Below the pieces are notes generated by a model. It saw only the letters and a list, made by a program, of their open reading frames with translations. It did not search any database and was not told the DNA's origin. From an uncultured Alphaproteobacteria bacterium (GTDB lineage: Bacteria > Pseudomonadota > Alphaproteobacteria > Methylaequorales > Methylaequoraceae), in NCBI GenBank assembly GCA_902524895.1, contig CABZFH010000001.1, forward strand, positions 254,172 through 318,171: a stretch of 64,000 bases of DNA, written 5' to 3'. The position numbers and the translations under genes are program-made. Shown one piece after another: positions 1-10,372 of this stretch; position 1 is the stretch's first letter; every line of letters starts with the position of its first letter.

Positions 1-284
1 AGCCAGTAAAAATTTTTTTATGTCTTCAACACTTCTCACACCCCCTCCCACCGTCAGTGGCACAAAACAATCGTTAGATGTTTTTTTAATTACATTTACC
101 ATCGCTTCTCTTCCATCTGAAGTTGCTGTGATATCTAAAAAAGTAATCTCATCTGCACCCTCTTCGCTATAAATCTTTGCTTGTTCAGCGGGATCTCCAG
201 CATCAACAAGGTTCTTAAAATTTATTCCTTTAACGGTTCTGCCTTTATTAACATCTAGACAGGGTATTATTCTTTTTTTTAACA
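1..284 (-). CDS. hisF: Imidazole glycerol phosphate synthase cyclase subunit HisF; N-terminal part only, the gene runs off the window start
   Basis: Reverse-complement translation gives [92 protein letters not shown], a typical HisF N-terminus. GTG start overlaps the hisA stop. Lies in the hisFAH context. Confidence 0.8.
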
Positions 285-1001
285 CAATACTTCTAAAGCC
301 TCTTTTACTAAGAACTTTTTCTCATAAATAGCTTTACCAGAAATCACCCCTTCAAGATTTTTAAAGTTAAGATCCTTTAATTTTTTTAAGTCATCTAAAG
401 ATGAGACCCCACCGGAAGCAATGATTTTCATTTTTGTGCTTTTTAACAATTTTTTAATCTGAAAAAAGTTTAAACCTTGTAACAAACCATCTTTATTTAT
501 ATCTGTAAAGACAGCCCTTGTAACGCCTATATCTTCATACATTTTTGCTGAATCATATATTGTTTTTTCACTCGTTTTTGACCACCCCTCGATTGCTATT
601 TTTTCATTTTTTGTATCAATTCCTACAACTATTCGATTTGGAAATAAATTACATGCTTTCTTTACAAAATTTGGGTCTTTTTCTGCTATTGTACCTAGTA
701 TTACTCTATCAACTGAGTTGTTCAAAAATTTTTGAATAGTCTCGAAGTCTCTTATCCCACCTCCTACTTGGATTTTACATCGAGTATGTTTCTTTATCTC
801 AAAAATTATTTTATGATTTATTGGACTTCCTAAAAACGCACCGTCAATATCGACTACGTGAATCCAGCTACAACCAATTTTTTCAAACTCTTTTGCTTGT
901 TCTATTGGATTTTTATTATAGAATTTAATATCTTTTAAAAGACCTTTTTTCAATCTTATGCATTTCCCCTCTTTAATATCAATTGCAGGAAAAAAAATCA
1001 T
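279..1001 (-). CDS. hisA: ProFAR isomerase HisA
   Basis: 240 aa. N-terminal [14 protein letters not shown] motif; (beta/alpha)8 HisA/HisF family. Sits between hisF and hisH. Confidence 0.85.
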   Translation of the reverse strand: MIFFPAIDIKEGKCIRLKKGLLKDIKFYNKNPIEQAKEFEKIGCSWIHVVDIDGAFLGSPINHKIIFEIKKHTRCKIQVGGGIRDFETIQKFLNNSVDRVILGTIAEKDPNFVKKACNLFPNRIVVGIDTKNEKIAIEGWSKTSEKTIYDSAKMYEDIGVTRAVFTDINKDGLLQGLNFFQIKKLLKSTKMKIIASGGVSSLDDLKKLKDLNFKNLEGVISGKAIYEKKFLVKEALEVLC

Positions 1002-1672
1002 ACTCTAGAATCCCAATTAAGAAATGCTCTCAAAAAGTCTAATCCGAGCTTTTGACTTTTTTCTGGATGAAACTGAGTACCCAAAATATTTTCTTTGCCA
1101 ACCATCGCGGTAAAATCATGTCCGTAATTAGATAAAAGTAACTGATTTTTTTTTAATTTTTCTTTAAAAATATAACTGTGTACAAAGTAGGCATTAATCT
1201 CTTTATTTAGATTCATTCTTGAATTTTTCTTCCAAAAACCAATAAAGGGGTGTTGATTATTAAAAGATAAACTATTCCAACCTATATGAGGTATTTTTAG
1301 ACTTTTATCTTTAAGAGAAAATAATTGTACATCACCATCAATCCAACCAAAACCTTTGCTTTTACCACCTTCAAACCCCCTCTGGGCAAGCATTTGCATG
1401 CCAACACATATTCCAAGAAACGCTTTTTTTTTATTGATGACATTATCTTCTAAGCATTCAAACAATCCCGGGTTTGAGTAAAATCCTTTTAGACAACCTT
1501 TAAAAGAACCAACACCAGGCAAGATAAAATGTGAAGACTTGTTAAGTTCTTTAATATCATTAGTTACCTTAACGTTTGAACAAAAAGTATGTTTATTTAA
1601 TATTTGTTTAACAGCGTTATAAACAGACCTTAAATTACCTGAACCATAATCAACAATTGAAACTAAATTCAC
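998..1672 (-). CDS. hisH: Imidazole glycerol phosphate synthase glutamine amidotransferase subunit HisH
   Basis: 224 aa. IVDYGSGNLRSV N-terminus; class-I GATase motifs (GICVGMQ, FHPEKS). Confidence 0.85.
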   Translation of the reverse strand: MNLVSIVDYGSGNLRSVYNAVKQILNKHTFCSNVKVTNDIKELNKSSHFILPGVGSFKGCLKGFYSNPGLFECLEDNVINKKKAFLGICVGMQMLAQRGFEGGKSKGFGWIDGDVQLFSLKDKSLKIPHIGWNSLSFNNQHPFIGFWKKNSRMNLNKEINAYFVHSYIFKEKLKKNQLLLSNYGHDFTAMVGKENILGTQFHPEKSQKLGLDFLRAFLNWDSRV

Positions 1673-1680
1673 ATAAGCTC

Positions 1681-2016
1681 CTAAGTTTTATAAGTAAAAA
1701 AAGCATTATTTTGACTTGATGCAGAAGTTAATTTGATTACATCAAATTTCAATTTTTGGTTATAATAATTAATTAAAATATCATTTCCATAAATTCCCCA
1801 AAAGAGGGAAGATGTAAATATATATAAATAAAAAAGCTCATCATCTAAAGCAAATCTAAGCAAAAATAAAATTATCAAATAAATGGAGGATATAGCCCAT
1901 AATTTATTGGCAAATCCCCAAAAAAAAGTTAAGAAAAAAGCTTTCCAAGAAAATCCAATTTTAATTATTTCTATTTCTCTTTTACTACTATTTTCTAATA
2001 CACAAAAAGACGACAT
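1681..2016 (-). CDS. DUF2628-like small membrane protein
   Basis: 111 aa, two hydrophobic helices. A small membrane-protein gene between hisH and hisB is conserved in alphaproteobacteria. Confidence 0.5.
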   Translation of the reverse strand: MSSFCVLENSSKREIEIIKIGFSWKAFFLTFFWGFANKLWAISSIYLIILFLLRFALDDELFYLYIFTSSLFWGIYGNDILINYYNQKLKFDVIKLTSASSQNNAFFTYKT

Positions 2017-2616
2017 TTAAAGAGATCCTCCAAGAGTACCTTTAGTTGAGGGTATCTGATTCTTTCTTTTGGAATCTATTTGTACCGCCTCTCTTATTGA
2101 TCTTGCTAATCCTTTAAAACATGATTCAATAATATGATGAGAGTTTTCTCCATACAAGTTCTCAATATGCAGCGTGATACCTGAATTTTGAGCAAAGGCT
2201 TGAAACCATTCCTTAAATAATTCAGTATCCATTTCTCCAACTTTATCATTAGGAAATGAGACTTTCCAAACTAAATACGGTCTATTTGAACAATCAACAA
2301 CAACTCTTGACAAAGTTTCATCCATTGCGGATAGTGCTTGACCAAACCTTGTAATGCCTACTTTACTATCTAATGCTTTATAAAGAGCTTGCCCGAGTGC
2401 AATTGCTGAATCTTCAGTTGTATGATGATAATCTACATGTAAATCACCTGAAACTTTTAATTCAACATCCACTAAGCTATGTTTAGAGAATTGATCTATC
2501 ATATGATCTAAAAAACCTATCCCAGTATTTATTTTTGATTTCCCAGTTCCATCTAAATTTACTGTAACTTTTATTTTTGTTTCTTTTGTTTTTCTTTCTA
2601 TTGTTTGTTTTCTCAT
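2017..2616 (-). CDS. hisB: Imidazoleglycerol-phosphate dehydratase HisB
   Basis: 199 aa. Motifs [38 protein letters not shown]. Confidence 0.9.
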   Translation of the reverse strand: MRKQTIERKTKETKIKVTVNLDGTGKSKINTGIGFLDHMIDQFSKHSLVDVELKVSGDLHVDYHHTTEDSAIALGQALYKALDSKVGITRFGQALSAMDETLSRVVVDCSNRPYLVWKVSFPNDKVGEMDTELFKEWFQAFAQNSGITLHIENLYGENSHHIIESCFKGLARSIREAVQIDSKRKNQIPSTKGTLGGSL

Positions 2617-2708
2617 AATCTAATAAACTAAATTTATATATTTACATTATTAACACATAATCATATACAAATTCTATTCTAATTAACTTTTATAGTTTTT
2701 TTGTAATT

Positions 2709-3260
2709 ATGGAAAAAGAAAATAAATTAAATTGGCATGGCACAACTGTTGTATCAATAAGAAGAAAGGGTGAAGTTGTTATTGCTGCGGATGGACAAGT
2801 AACTCTGGGAAATACGGTAATTAAATCGAACGCCAAAAAAGTAAGAATTTTGGGGAATGGAAAAGTGCTTTCTGGGTTTGCAGGAGCAACAGCTGATGCA
2901 TTTGCACTTTTTGAAAGACTTGAATCAAAACTTGAAAAAACTTCAAATCATTTAATGCGAGCTTGTGTAGAATTAGCAAAAGATTGGAGAACGGATAGAT
3001 ATTTAAGAAGGTTAGAGGCTATGATGCTAGTTGCTGACAAAGATGTAAGTTTAATTTTAAGCGGAACTGGTGACGTGCTTGAGCCAAAGGATGGACTTAT
3101 GGCCATAGGTTCAGGGGGTAATTACGCATTAGCAGCAGCTCAAGCTCTTAACACAACAAAACTTGATGCGGAAAAAATTGCTGTTAAAAGTCTTGAAATT
3201 GCTGCGGATTTATGTATCTACACAAATAGAAATATAACCTTAGAAAAAATAAAATTTTAA
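2709..3260 (+). CDS. hslV: ATP-dependent protease subunit HslV
   Basis: 183 aa. [22 protein letters not shown]-terminal threonine protease signature. Confidence 0.9.
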   Translation: MEKENKLNWHGTTVVSIRRKGEVVIAADGQVTLGNTVIKSNAKKVRILGNGKVLSGFAGATADAFALFERLESKLEKTSNHLMRACVELAKDWRTDRYLRRLEAMMLVADKDVSLILSGTGDVLEPKDGLMAIGSGGNYALAAAQALNTTKLDAEKIAVKSLEIAADLCIYTNRNITLEKIKF

Positions 3261-4570
3261 TGACCTCTTTTACGCCTAGAGAAATTGTTTCAGAATTAGA
3301 TAGATTTATTGTCGGTCAGAATGATGCAAAGAGGGCTGTTGCAGTTGCACTCAGAAATAGATGGAGAAGACAACAAATTGATGAATCTTTGAAAGATGAA
3401 GTTTTACCTAAAAATATCTTAATGATCGGCCCAACAGGTGTAGGAAAAACAGAAATAGCTAGAAGACTTGCCAAATTGGCTCAGGCTCCTTTCATAAAGG
3501 TTGAGGCTACAAAATTTACTGAAGTGGGTTATGTGGGAAGGGATGTAGAGCAAATAATACGAGATTTAGTGGAAATATCAATAACACTCAATAAAAACTT
3601 CCTCAAAGAAGAGGTTAAGGCGAAAGCTGAAATTAATGCAGAAAAAAGGGTGATAGAAGCACTCGTTGGGTCAACAGCAACTAATCAAACAAAAGAAAAA
3701 TTTAAAAAAATGTTGAGAAACGGAGAGCTTGACAAACAAGAGGTAGAAATTGAAGTTGAATCTAAAGCTGGAATGCCACTTAAATCCATGGAAATCCCTG
3801 GAATGCCGGGGGGAATGATGGGAATGCTTAATCTTGGGGAAGTACTAGGAAAAAGCTTTGGACAAAAAAAAGAAAAAAGGAAACTAACTGTTAAGGATTC
3901 TTACAATTATTTAATTGAAGAAGAATCAGATAAATTAATTGATGATGAGAACTTAATCAAAAGATCAATAAAAAATGTAGAACAAGATGGGATAGTCTTC
4001 CTTGACGAAATTGACAAAATTTGTGGTAGAAATTCAAAAGGCACAGCAGAAGTCAGTAGAGAGGGTGTTCAAAGAGATTTGCTTCCGCTAATTGAAGGTA
4101 CATCTGTATCTACAAAATATGGAAGTGTAAAAACTGATCATGTTTTGTTTATAGCCTCTGGAGCATTTCATGTTGCAAAACCATCAGACTTACTGCCTGA
4201 GCTACAGGGTAGGCTCCCTAACAGGGTTGAACTTTCTGCATTAAATAAAAAAGATTTTATATCAATACTCAAAGAACCAGAAAATAATCTTATTCGGCAA
4301 TATATAGAATTAATAGCTACCGAAGGTGTTACATTAAATTTTACCGAAGAAGCTATCTCTCAAATTGCTGAAATAGCGACTAAAGTAAATGAAGAAATTG
4401 AAAATATTGGTGCTAGGCGTCTTCACACAATTTTAGAAAAAGTCCTAGAGGAAATTAGTTTTTCGGCTTCAGACAAAAAAATTAGTAAAATCGACATAGA
4501 CGAAATATATGTAATAAATCAATTAAATGATGTTTATAAAGAAGATGATATTAACAAGTTTATTCTTTGA
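3260..4570 (+). CDS. hslU: ATP-dependent protease ATPase subunit HslU
   Basis: 436 aa. [16 protein letters not shown] and Walker [16 protein letters not shown]. Start overlaps the hslV stop. Confidence 0.9.
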   Translation: MTSFTPREIVSELDRFIVGQNDAKRAVAVALRNRWRRQQIDESLKDEVLPKNILMIGPTGVGKTEIARRLAKLAQAPFIKVEATKFTEVGYVGRDVEQIIRDLVEISITLNKNFLKEEVKAKAEINAEKRVIEALVGSTATNQTKEKFKKMLRNGELDKQEVEIEVESKAGMPLKSMEIPGMPGGMMGMLNLGEVLGKSFGQKKEKRKLTVKDSYNYLIEEESDKLIDDENLIKRSIKNVEQDGIVFLDEIDKICGRNSKGTAEVSREGVQRDLLPLIEGTSVSTKYGSVKTDHVLFIASGAFHVAKPSDLLPELQGRLPNRVELSALNKKDFISILKEPENNLIRQYIELIATEGVTLNFTEEAISQIAEIATKVNEEIENIGARRLHTILEKVLEEISFSASDKKISKIDIDEIYVINQLNDVYKEDDINKFIL

Positions 4571-5093
4571 ACTTTTTTAAATACAGAATGTATGCACCGT
4601 AACCTCCAAGATCATTTGGAGCTTGGGTATACCATAAAACAAACTTCGAAATTAAAATTGAACTAAGCCATTGTGGAACTAATTCCTTTAAAATGCCTCT
4701 TCCCCTCCAACCATATTCAACTCCTAACCTTTTTCCTTTTCCTGTAATAATGAGTAATAATCTATTTCTTTTTTCAAAATTAAGCCTGATAAATTGAAAA
4801 ACTTTTGTCTTTGCTTCGTATACTTTTAGACCATGTAAATCAAGTGTTCCTTCTATTTTTTTTTGTCTCTTTCTTACTTTTCTTATTAAATTTTGGTCAG
4901 TATTTTTGTGATATTCAAATTTTTCATCAGGTAGCTCAATGTTTTCTAGATTTATTTCTTCTACAGTTTTCTGAGGAGTTAGTTCTGTATTTTTTTCGGT
5001 TTTAACTTTTTGTGAAGGTTTTATTATATTTTTATTTATTGGGTTTACTGATTTGATAAATTCAGCCCATTCATCATTTTTTTTTTCAGTCAT
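4560..5093 (-). CDS. Smr domain-containing protein
   Basis: 177 aa. C-terminal Smr motif [12 protein letters not shown]...LLIITGKG. Convergent with hslU and overlaps it by 11 nt. Confidence 0.7.
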   Translation of the reverse strand: MTEKKNDEWAEFIKSVNPINKNIIKPSQKVKTEKNTELTPQKTVEEINLENIELPDEKFEYHKNTDQNLIRKVRKRQKKIEGTLDLHGLKVYEAKTKVFQFIRLNFEKRNRLLLIITGKGKRLGVEYGWRGRGILKELVPQWLSSILISKFVLWYTQAPNDLGGYGAYILYLKKFKE

Positions 5094-6105
5094 GATTTAT
5101 TACTGGTATTAAGCAAATTAATAATAATGGATTTTTTAACTTTCCTGCTTCTTTTTCTGCCATTTTACCACTTCCAATAAATAAATCTGCTCTATTAAAT
5201 CCCTTTATTGCTGAACCGGTATCATGTGCGAGTGTGAGCATATCAAATTTTTTGTATTCTGACTTCAAAACGAAGGGCATACCTAAAGGATATATATTTG
5301 TATCAATAGCAACACTTACGTTAGGAATTAAAATTCTTCCCATTGCTCCAATCGGTCCTCCCTCAAAAAAAGGGGACGATTTGAAAAAGATATACCTTTT
5401 ATTTTTGTTTAAAATTTCTGCTTTTCTATCAGTATTTTTTCTTAACCACTCTTTTATTGATTGAAGTGTTACATGTTCTTTTTTGAGATATCCTTTTTTT
5501 ACTATAATTTTTCCAATCGATGTGTATGGGAATCCATTGTTTCCAGAGTAAGATATTTTTACCCTGTTACCATTTTTATATCTGCCTATTCCCGACCCTT
5601 GAATTTGAAGGAAAAACAAATCAATTTCGTCATCAGTCCAATATAAAACATCCTCATATTTGTACATTTTATTTATCTTTCGTCTTTCAAAAATCAAATC
5701 TTTGGAATAACGAAGTAATGGATACTGAAAAATATTTGTTTTTTTATCAGAAATTTTAATTGTTGGCTCATAATATCCAGTCAATAATTGCTTTTTATTA
5801 CTCAGTACAACAGCTTTAAAATTTTGAATAAGAAAGTTTTTGTTAAAAGTATTTTTACCTAACTTTATGCAAACGTGTTTCCATTTTTCTAAACTCCCGA
5901 AATTAGGATATGATCGATGTTCTTTTAGTTTTTTTTTAAAATGCTCAGACTCACAGTTCTCTGAAAGAATTTTTTTAAAATTCAAAATGTTGGAATCTAG
6001 TAAATCAAGAGTACTAATATCGTATTCTTTCGAATAAGCTATGCTTATTTGAAGATTGAATGCTAAAATTATTGTTAAAAAAAAAAATTTGAATTTTTTA
6101 AACAT
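5086..6105 (-). CDS. mltA: Membrane-bound lytic murein transglycosylase A (MltA family)
   Basis: 339 aa. N-terminal signal peptide; MltA/3D-domain motifs (GSGIG...YSGNNGFPYTSIGK, AHDTGSAIKG). Confidence 0.8.
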   Translation of the reverse strand: MFKKFKFFFLTIILAFNLQISIAYSKEYDISTLDLLDSNILNFKKILSENCESEHFKKKLKEHRSYPNFGSLEKWKHVCIKLGKNTFNKNFLIQNFKAVVLSNKKQLLTGYYEPTIKISDKKTNIFQYPLLRYSKDLIFERRKINKMYKYEDVLYWTDDEIDLFFLQIQGSGIGRYKNGNRVKISYSGNNGFPYTSIGKIIVKKGYLKKEHVTLQSIKEWLRKNTDRKAEILNKNKRYIFFKSSPFFEGGPIGAMGRILIPNVSVAIDTNIYPLGMPFVLKSEYKKFDMLTLAHDTGSAIKGFNRADLFIGSGKMAEKEAGKLKNPLLLICLIPVINHD

Positions 6106-6108
6106 TAA

Positions 6109-6834
6109 TCAAACTTCGGCTATTGAAAGCAAAGTCCAATTAGGATTTTTTGACATCAACTCTTTTGTAAATGTCCATTTTTCTGATATATCAAGAATTT
6201 GGTTAGCATCTCCGTCAATAATTTCATTTTTATCATTTTTTACTAAATGAATCTGTTGACTTTCATATTTAAGTGTAATTATGGCTTTTTTGCCTGCAAG
6301 TTTTATTTCTAATAATTCTGGTTTTTTTAAATCTATGATTGTAATTTCAAATACTTGTTTGTTTTTTATTCTTTTATCTATGTCTTTTTTGTAATCCTTA
6401 AAAATTGATTGGTCTAAGAGTTCCTCCAAATTTTTTAGATTATTTTTTGAATAAGCAATTAAGATAAACTCAAACGCTTTCTTAGCTTTATCTAAAAAGC
6501 TATTAAGATCAAATTTTGAGTCAATTTTTTTTATAGCTAGAAGCGCTTTATTAACATCCCTATTTTCGTGCAAGTGCGATTGGTCTATTTCCTTTTCAAC
6601 TTTTTGCTTTAGTTTAATTTCTTTATCTGGTTTACTTTCTTCGAATTTAGTCTTTAGGTTATATCTTTTTGCTAAGTCTTCTTCGTTCCCAGTCTTTTTC
6701 CCCAAAACGTTTCTAAGTCTATTAAGGATAAAAACTGCAATTAAAGCAAGTATTAGAATATCAAAAAAGGGGATGTTGCCCATTAAATATGTTTCTCCAT
6801 AAATATTTGTATAAAAGTTTAATATAGAATACAA
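6109..6834 (-). CDS. Tim44-like domain membrane protein
   Basis: 241 aa. N-terminal TM helix, charged linker, C-terminal Tim44-like fold. Conserved mltA-tim44 | secB synteny of alphaproteobacteria. Confidence 0.6.
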   Translation of the reverse strand: MYSILNFYTNIYGETYLMGNIPFFDILILALIAVFILNRLRNVLGKKTGNEEDLAKRYNLKTKFEESKPDKEIKLKQKVEKEIDQSHLHENRDVNKALLAIKKIDSKFDLNSFLDKAKKAFEFILIAYSKNNLKNLEELLDQSIFKDYKKDIDKRIKNKQVFEITIIDLKKPELLEIKLAGKKAIITLKYESQQIHLVKNDKNEIIDGDANQILDISEKWTFTKELMSKNPNWTLLSIAEV

Positions 6835-6882
6835 ATTAATATTATATTAATATATTGTAATTTTTTTTAATAGAAAGGTTTT

Positions 6883-7350
6883 ATGTCAAATAATAATAAA
6901 GACTCCTTACAACAAGAAAATAATAATTTTCAATTTATAATCAATACTCAATATTTAAAAGATTTATCTTTTGAGAATCCAAAAGCACCAAATTCTTTGA
7001 AAGTCTTTAATTCCAAACCTGAAATTAAAATTGATGTAGACATAAAATCAAAATCTCTTAAAGATCATGGAGAAGATATATTTGAAGTTGATTTAATGAT
7101 TAAAGGTTCTACTTATGTTGAAAAAGAAATAATGTTTGTTGTTGAAGCTATTTATTCAGGTATTTTTACCATTAAAAACGCTCCAAATGATGTTTTAGAA
7201 AAAGTTTTATTAATTGAATGCCCTAAATTTTTATTTCCATTTCTCCGGTCTATCATTGCTGCAAATACTCGAGATGGAGGCTTTCCTCCATTGATGATTA
7301 CCCCCATTGACTTTGTTAGTTTATACGAAAGTAAGAAAAAAAAGAACTAA
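6883..7350 (+). CDS. secB: Protein-export chaperone SecB
   Basis: 155 aa. FQFIINTQYLKDLSFENPKAP N-terminal SecB signature. Confidence 0.85.
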   Translation: MSNNNKDSLQQENNNFQFIINTQYLKDLSFENPKAPNSLKVFNSKPEIKIDVDIKSKSLKDHGEDIFEVDLMIKGSTYVEKEIMFVVEAIYSGIFTIKNAPNDVLEKVLLIECPKFLFPFLRSIIAANTRDGGFPPLMITPIDFVSLYESKKKKN

Positions 7351-8027
7351 TTAACAGACCAAATGCTCTTAGGAATATCTTTCAGCATCTTTAAGTGATT
7401 ATCTTTTTCGCATTCAGTTAAATCAATCTCCTTCAACTTAATGTTGTTTACATCTGAAGGATGTTTATTTGATAAGTTTAAATCTTTATTTTTATTTGAA
7501 AATTTAAATTTTCTTTGTTTTCCACCTATAAGTTCTAAATAAACCTTTGCTAATAAGTGACAATCTGTCATTGCGTCGTGCTTTTCTCTTCCCTCTACAC
7601 TAATATCGTACCTTTTACACAAAGCGTTGAGATTAACTTTACTGCCAGGAAAAAGTTTCTTTGCCATAATCAAGGAACAAATACATTTTTCTATGTCAAT
7701 TAATTCCAAATTATTTCTAGAAAAAGCACTATTTATCATAGAAATATCAAACGAAGCATTATGAACTATTAATATTGAATCTTTTATATATGCTATAAAA
7801 TCATCTAAACAATCATCAAATTTTGGATATTTTTCTAATATTTTGTTATTTAAACCATGTATCTTTTCAGCTTCATCACTTATTTTTATAAGTCCAGGAC
7901 TATAATATCTATGAAACATATTGCCTGATGGAACGTCATTAACAAGTTCCAAACATCCAATTTCTATTATTCTATCTTTTTGAAAATTTAAACCAGTAGT
8001 CTCAGTATCGAGGATTATTTTTCTCAT
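7347..8027 (-). CDS. dnaQ: DNA polymerase III epsilon subunit (3'-5' exonuclease)
   Basis: 226 aa. Exo I ILDTETTG, Exo II HNASFDISMI, Exo III HDAMTDCHLLAKVY. Confidence 0.85.
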   Translation of the reverse strand: MRKIILDTETTGLNFQKDRIIEIGCLELVNDVPSGNMFHRYYSPGLIKISDEAEKIHGLNNKILEKYPKFDDCLDDFIAYIKDSILIVHNASFDISMINSAFSRNNLELIDIEKCICSLIMAKKLFPGSKVNLNALCKRYDISVEGREKHDAMTDCHLLAKVYLELIGGKQRKFKFSNKNKDLNLSNKHPSDVNNIKLKEIDLTECEKDNHLKMLKDIPKSIWSVN

Positions 8028-8676
8028 AATTATTAAAATATATATACTTTTGTGGCCAAACCTTAATAATTTTTTTTTTTTTTACTTTTTTTAGAAATTC
8101 CTTTACTTTTTTTAAAACAAAAAATGTACCATTGCCTGTATTAATATTTAAAGAAATATGTCTAAAGTATTTTTTTCTATCGTATTTTTGTCTAATCAGA
8201 ATATTCTCTAATTTTTTTTCGGTCATTTGTGGTCTAGAGATTACTCTTTTCTTTTGAATCTGTTTATTAACTGATAAATTAATAATAAAATCGCATTTCA
8301 TAAAATTTTTGTTTACAAACATGATTGGAATATCAAGAAAAACTGTCTTTTCTCTAATAATTGAGGCTTGTTTTAAAAATTGAGTTTCCTTTTGTTTAAC
8401 AAGTGGATGAAGAAGGCTTTCTAGCTTATTCAGGTCTTTAGGATTGTTAAACAAATACTCACCGAGTTTGATAGTATTAATTTCATAATTATTGGTTATC
8501 ATTTTTTTTACCTTATTTTCGAAAAGAAATCTTATGCTTTTCTTTACATTTTTTTCTTTTATTAACCTTTTACAACATTCATCACTTGAAAAAACTCTGT
8601 ACCCCATTTTTTTTAAAATTTGCGTTGTTTTAGTTTTTCCTGTTCCGATTTCTCCTGTAATTCCAATAACAATCAT
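8002..8676 (-). CDS. coaE: Dephospho-CoA kinase
   Basis: 224 aa. P-loop IGITGEIGTGKT. Confidence 0.8.
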   Translation of the reverse strand: MIVIGITGEIGTGKTKTTQILKKMGYRVFSSDECCKRLIKEKNVKKSIRFLFENKVKKMITNNYEINTIKLGEYLFNNPKDLNKLESLLHPLVKQKETQFLKQASIIREKTVFLDIPIMFVNKNFMKCDFIINLSVNKQIQKKRVISRPQMTEKKLENILIRQKYDRKKYFRHISLNINTGNGTFFVLKKVKEFLKKVKKKKIIKVWPQKYIYFNNYEKNNPRY

Positions 8677-9503
8677 TTCTTAAGAATTACCCTTTTTACT
8701 TCATTAATATCTTTTTCAGAAACTTCTTCATTAAACCAACGGGCAAAGGACTCTGCGGCCTGTCTTACTAGCATACCTACTCCATTATAACTTCTTAAAT
8801 TTGATTTCTTAGCTTTTTTTAAAAAATTAGTTTCGTTTGGATTATAAATTAGGTCATATACAACTGTTCTTTTTCTTAAGGCACGAAAATTAAAGTTTAA
8901 ATTCTCTCGTAAATTCATCCCAAAAGATGTGGTATTTATGATTAAGTCATATTTTCTTAATATTTTTTTCCTTTGCCATCTTTGTAGTGTAATTTTACAG
9001 TTAAGTGAATAAAAACTAATGTTTTTTTTTAATTTTTTGGCATTTGTGAAATTTCTATTGCAAATGCAGATTTCTTTGACGGGATATTTCAGTAATTCCA
9101 ATAAAATTCCCCTCGAAGCTCCACCTGCTCCAATTACAAAGACTTTTTTGTCGTTAAGATTCATTCTAACTTCATTTTTTAAAGAACTGACGAATCCCTT
9201 TCCATCTGTGTTAGCGCCTATTACTTTATTTCCCTTTAAATATACTGTGTTTGCCGCTCCAATTTGTTTTACATTTTCTTCGTAATAATCTATAAATTTT
9301 AAAATTTTTGTTTTAAAAGGTAGCGTTATGTTAAAGCCTAAACATTCCCCTTTTCTTATCATGTCTATCATCAGACCTAGTTGTTTTTCCGATAAAAGTT
9401 TTTTTTCGTATACAATTTTTCTATTTCTTTTTTTTAACCATATGTTGTGGATAATAGGAGATTTTGAATGTTTGATCGGGTTTCCAACAACAAATAATTT
9501 CAT
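8673..9503 (-). CDS. aroE: Shikimate dehydrogenase
   Basis: 276 aa. FVVGNPIKHSKSPIIHN substrate motif; Rossmann GAGGASRG. Confidence 0.85.
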   Translation of the reverse strand: MKLFVVGNPIKHSKSPIIHNIWLKKRNRKIVYEKKLLSEKQLGLMIDMIRKGECLGFNITLPFKTKILKFIDYYEENVKQIGAANTVYLKGNKVIGANTDGKGFVSSLKNEVRMNLNDKKVFVIGAGGASRGILLELLKYPVKEICICNRNFTNAKKLKKNISFYSLNCKITLQRWQRKKILRKYDLIINTTSFGMNLRENLNFNFRALRKRTVVYDLIYNPNETNFLKKAKKSNLRSYNGVGMLVRQAAESFARWFNEEVSEKDINEVKRVILKK

Positions 9504-10093
9504 CTATAATACCTTCTTAACAATGGGAGGATTTTTTTTATTGGAAAACCTAAAATTGTTTCTCTTTCACCGTCCACCCCTTTAATACATTTTAATTTGT
9601 CTTCTTCTATCTTGTATGACCCACTTGTTGAGCAAGCAATTGATTTGTTGCTTTTTACGTATGCTCTTATATCAGATGCCTTTATTTTTTTCATGCAAAC
9701 TTTTGCCTTATCTTCGATTGTTTTATACTCTCCTTCTGGTGTTAGAGCGCATATAGCACTTATTATCATGTGACAATCTCCTTGTAGAAGCAATAAATTT
9801 TTAACTGCTTCTTCTTCTGTTTTTGGTTTATTTATCATGTTGTTTTTGCATAGTATAATTTGATCTGAGCCAATAATGAGACTTTTATTATATTTTTTTT
9901 TTATTGATTCTACTTTTTTTCTTGCTAGATACTTTGCAAGTCCACTTTTCATTTCTGTATATTCCTCTATTTCTTTGTCTTCATCTACAGTATGTTCTAC
10001 ATATTTTGCTTTTATGTTATAACTTTCTAGAATCTGCTTTCTTGTTTCACTTGTCGATGCAAGTATAATTTGTGTTTTAATTGTGGAAATCAT
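9500..10093 (-). CDS. maf: Maf-like nucleoside triphosphate pyrophosphatase
   Basis: 197 aa. ILASTSETRKQIL, GSDQII Maf motifs. Lies in the conserved dnaQ-coaE-aroE-maf string next to hemE. Confidence 0.8.
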   Translation of the reverse strand: MISTIKTQIILASTSETRKQILESYNIKAKYVEHTVDEDKEIEEYTEMKSGLAKYLARKKVESIKKKYNKSLIIGSDQIILCKNNMINKPKTEEEAVKNLLLLQGDCHMIISAICALTPEGEYKTIEDKAKVCMKKIKASDIRAYVKSNKSIACSTSGSYKIEEDKLKCIKGVDGERETILGFPIKKILPLLRRYYR

Positions 10094-10372
10094 AAATTTT
10101 TCAATATTAATTTTTTTTTATTCTTTTTATGCACAACTTCTAATTTTTTTATACACATGTTCATTCTGTGAATATTTTTATCTACAATTTTATTTTTTTT
10201 GTTGAAAAAGTTATTCAGTTTTTTTCTTTTATTATGTTTGGGTTTTATTTATTTGTTCACTTTTTGTTATATACCTATTATCTTATAAGCTGTGTATAAG
10301 TATATAGTGAATTAATTAAACATTATTAACACTCCCAACAACAACAACAATAAAATATATATATTAAAATTA
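10094..10372. other. Putative chromosomal replication origin (oriC) in the maf | hemE intergenic region
   Basis: 279-bp AT-rich non-coding gap with five DnaA-box-like 9-mers: TTATGCACA 10127-10135, TTATACACA 10149-10157, ATATTCACA (minus strand) 10167-10175, TTATCTACA 10178-10186, TTATACACA (minus strand) 10291-10299. Gene orientation flips here (mostly minus strand to the left, all plus strand to the right). hemE-adjacent origins are known in alphaproteobacteria. Confidence 0.55.

Noticed and set aside
545-739. Short antisense or embedded ORFs in the track (545-739, 4805-5005, 5234-5759, 9019-9585, 10540-11145, 13075-14138, 24488-24745, 33514-33780, 35178-36134, 46061-46753, 47241-47939, 53142-53441, and similar)
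   Set aside because: They lie inside or antisense to well-supported genes. Their low-complexity F/L/I/K-rich translations are typical of random frames in AT-rich DNA. None has recognisable motifs.
2617-2708. Heat-shock (sigma-32) promoter upstream of hslVU in the hisB | hslV divergent spacer
   Set aside because: No convincing CTTGAAA-N13-17-CCCCATNT-like element is visible. The spacer is simply A/T-rich.
8071-8090. Long homopolymer runs (T13 at about 8075-8087, others about 9-11 nt) as possible phase-variation switches
   Set aside because: They are abundant throughout this AT-rich sequence, mostly encode Lys/Phe runs in-frame inside housekeeping genes, and are not concentrated at 5' ends of surface genes. 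The A-runs in the DUF1674 mini-ORF are noted separately.
10094-10372. CtrA-type TTAA-N7-TTAA motifs in the candidate origin
   Set aside because: Only near-matches (e.g. TTAA-TTTTTTT-TTAT around 10107-10121) were found by eye. TTAA is so frequent in this composition that chance matches are expected, so I did not call CtrA sites.
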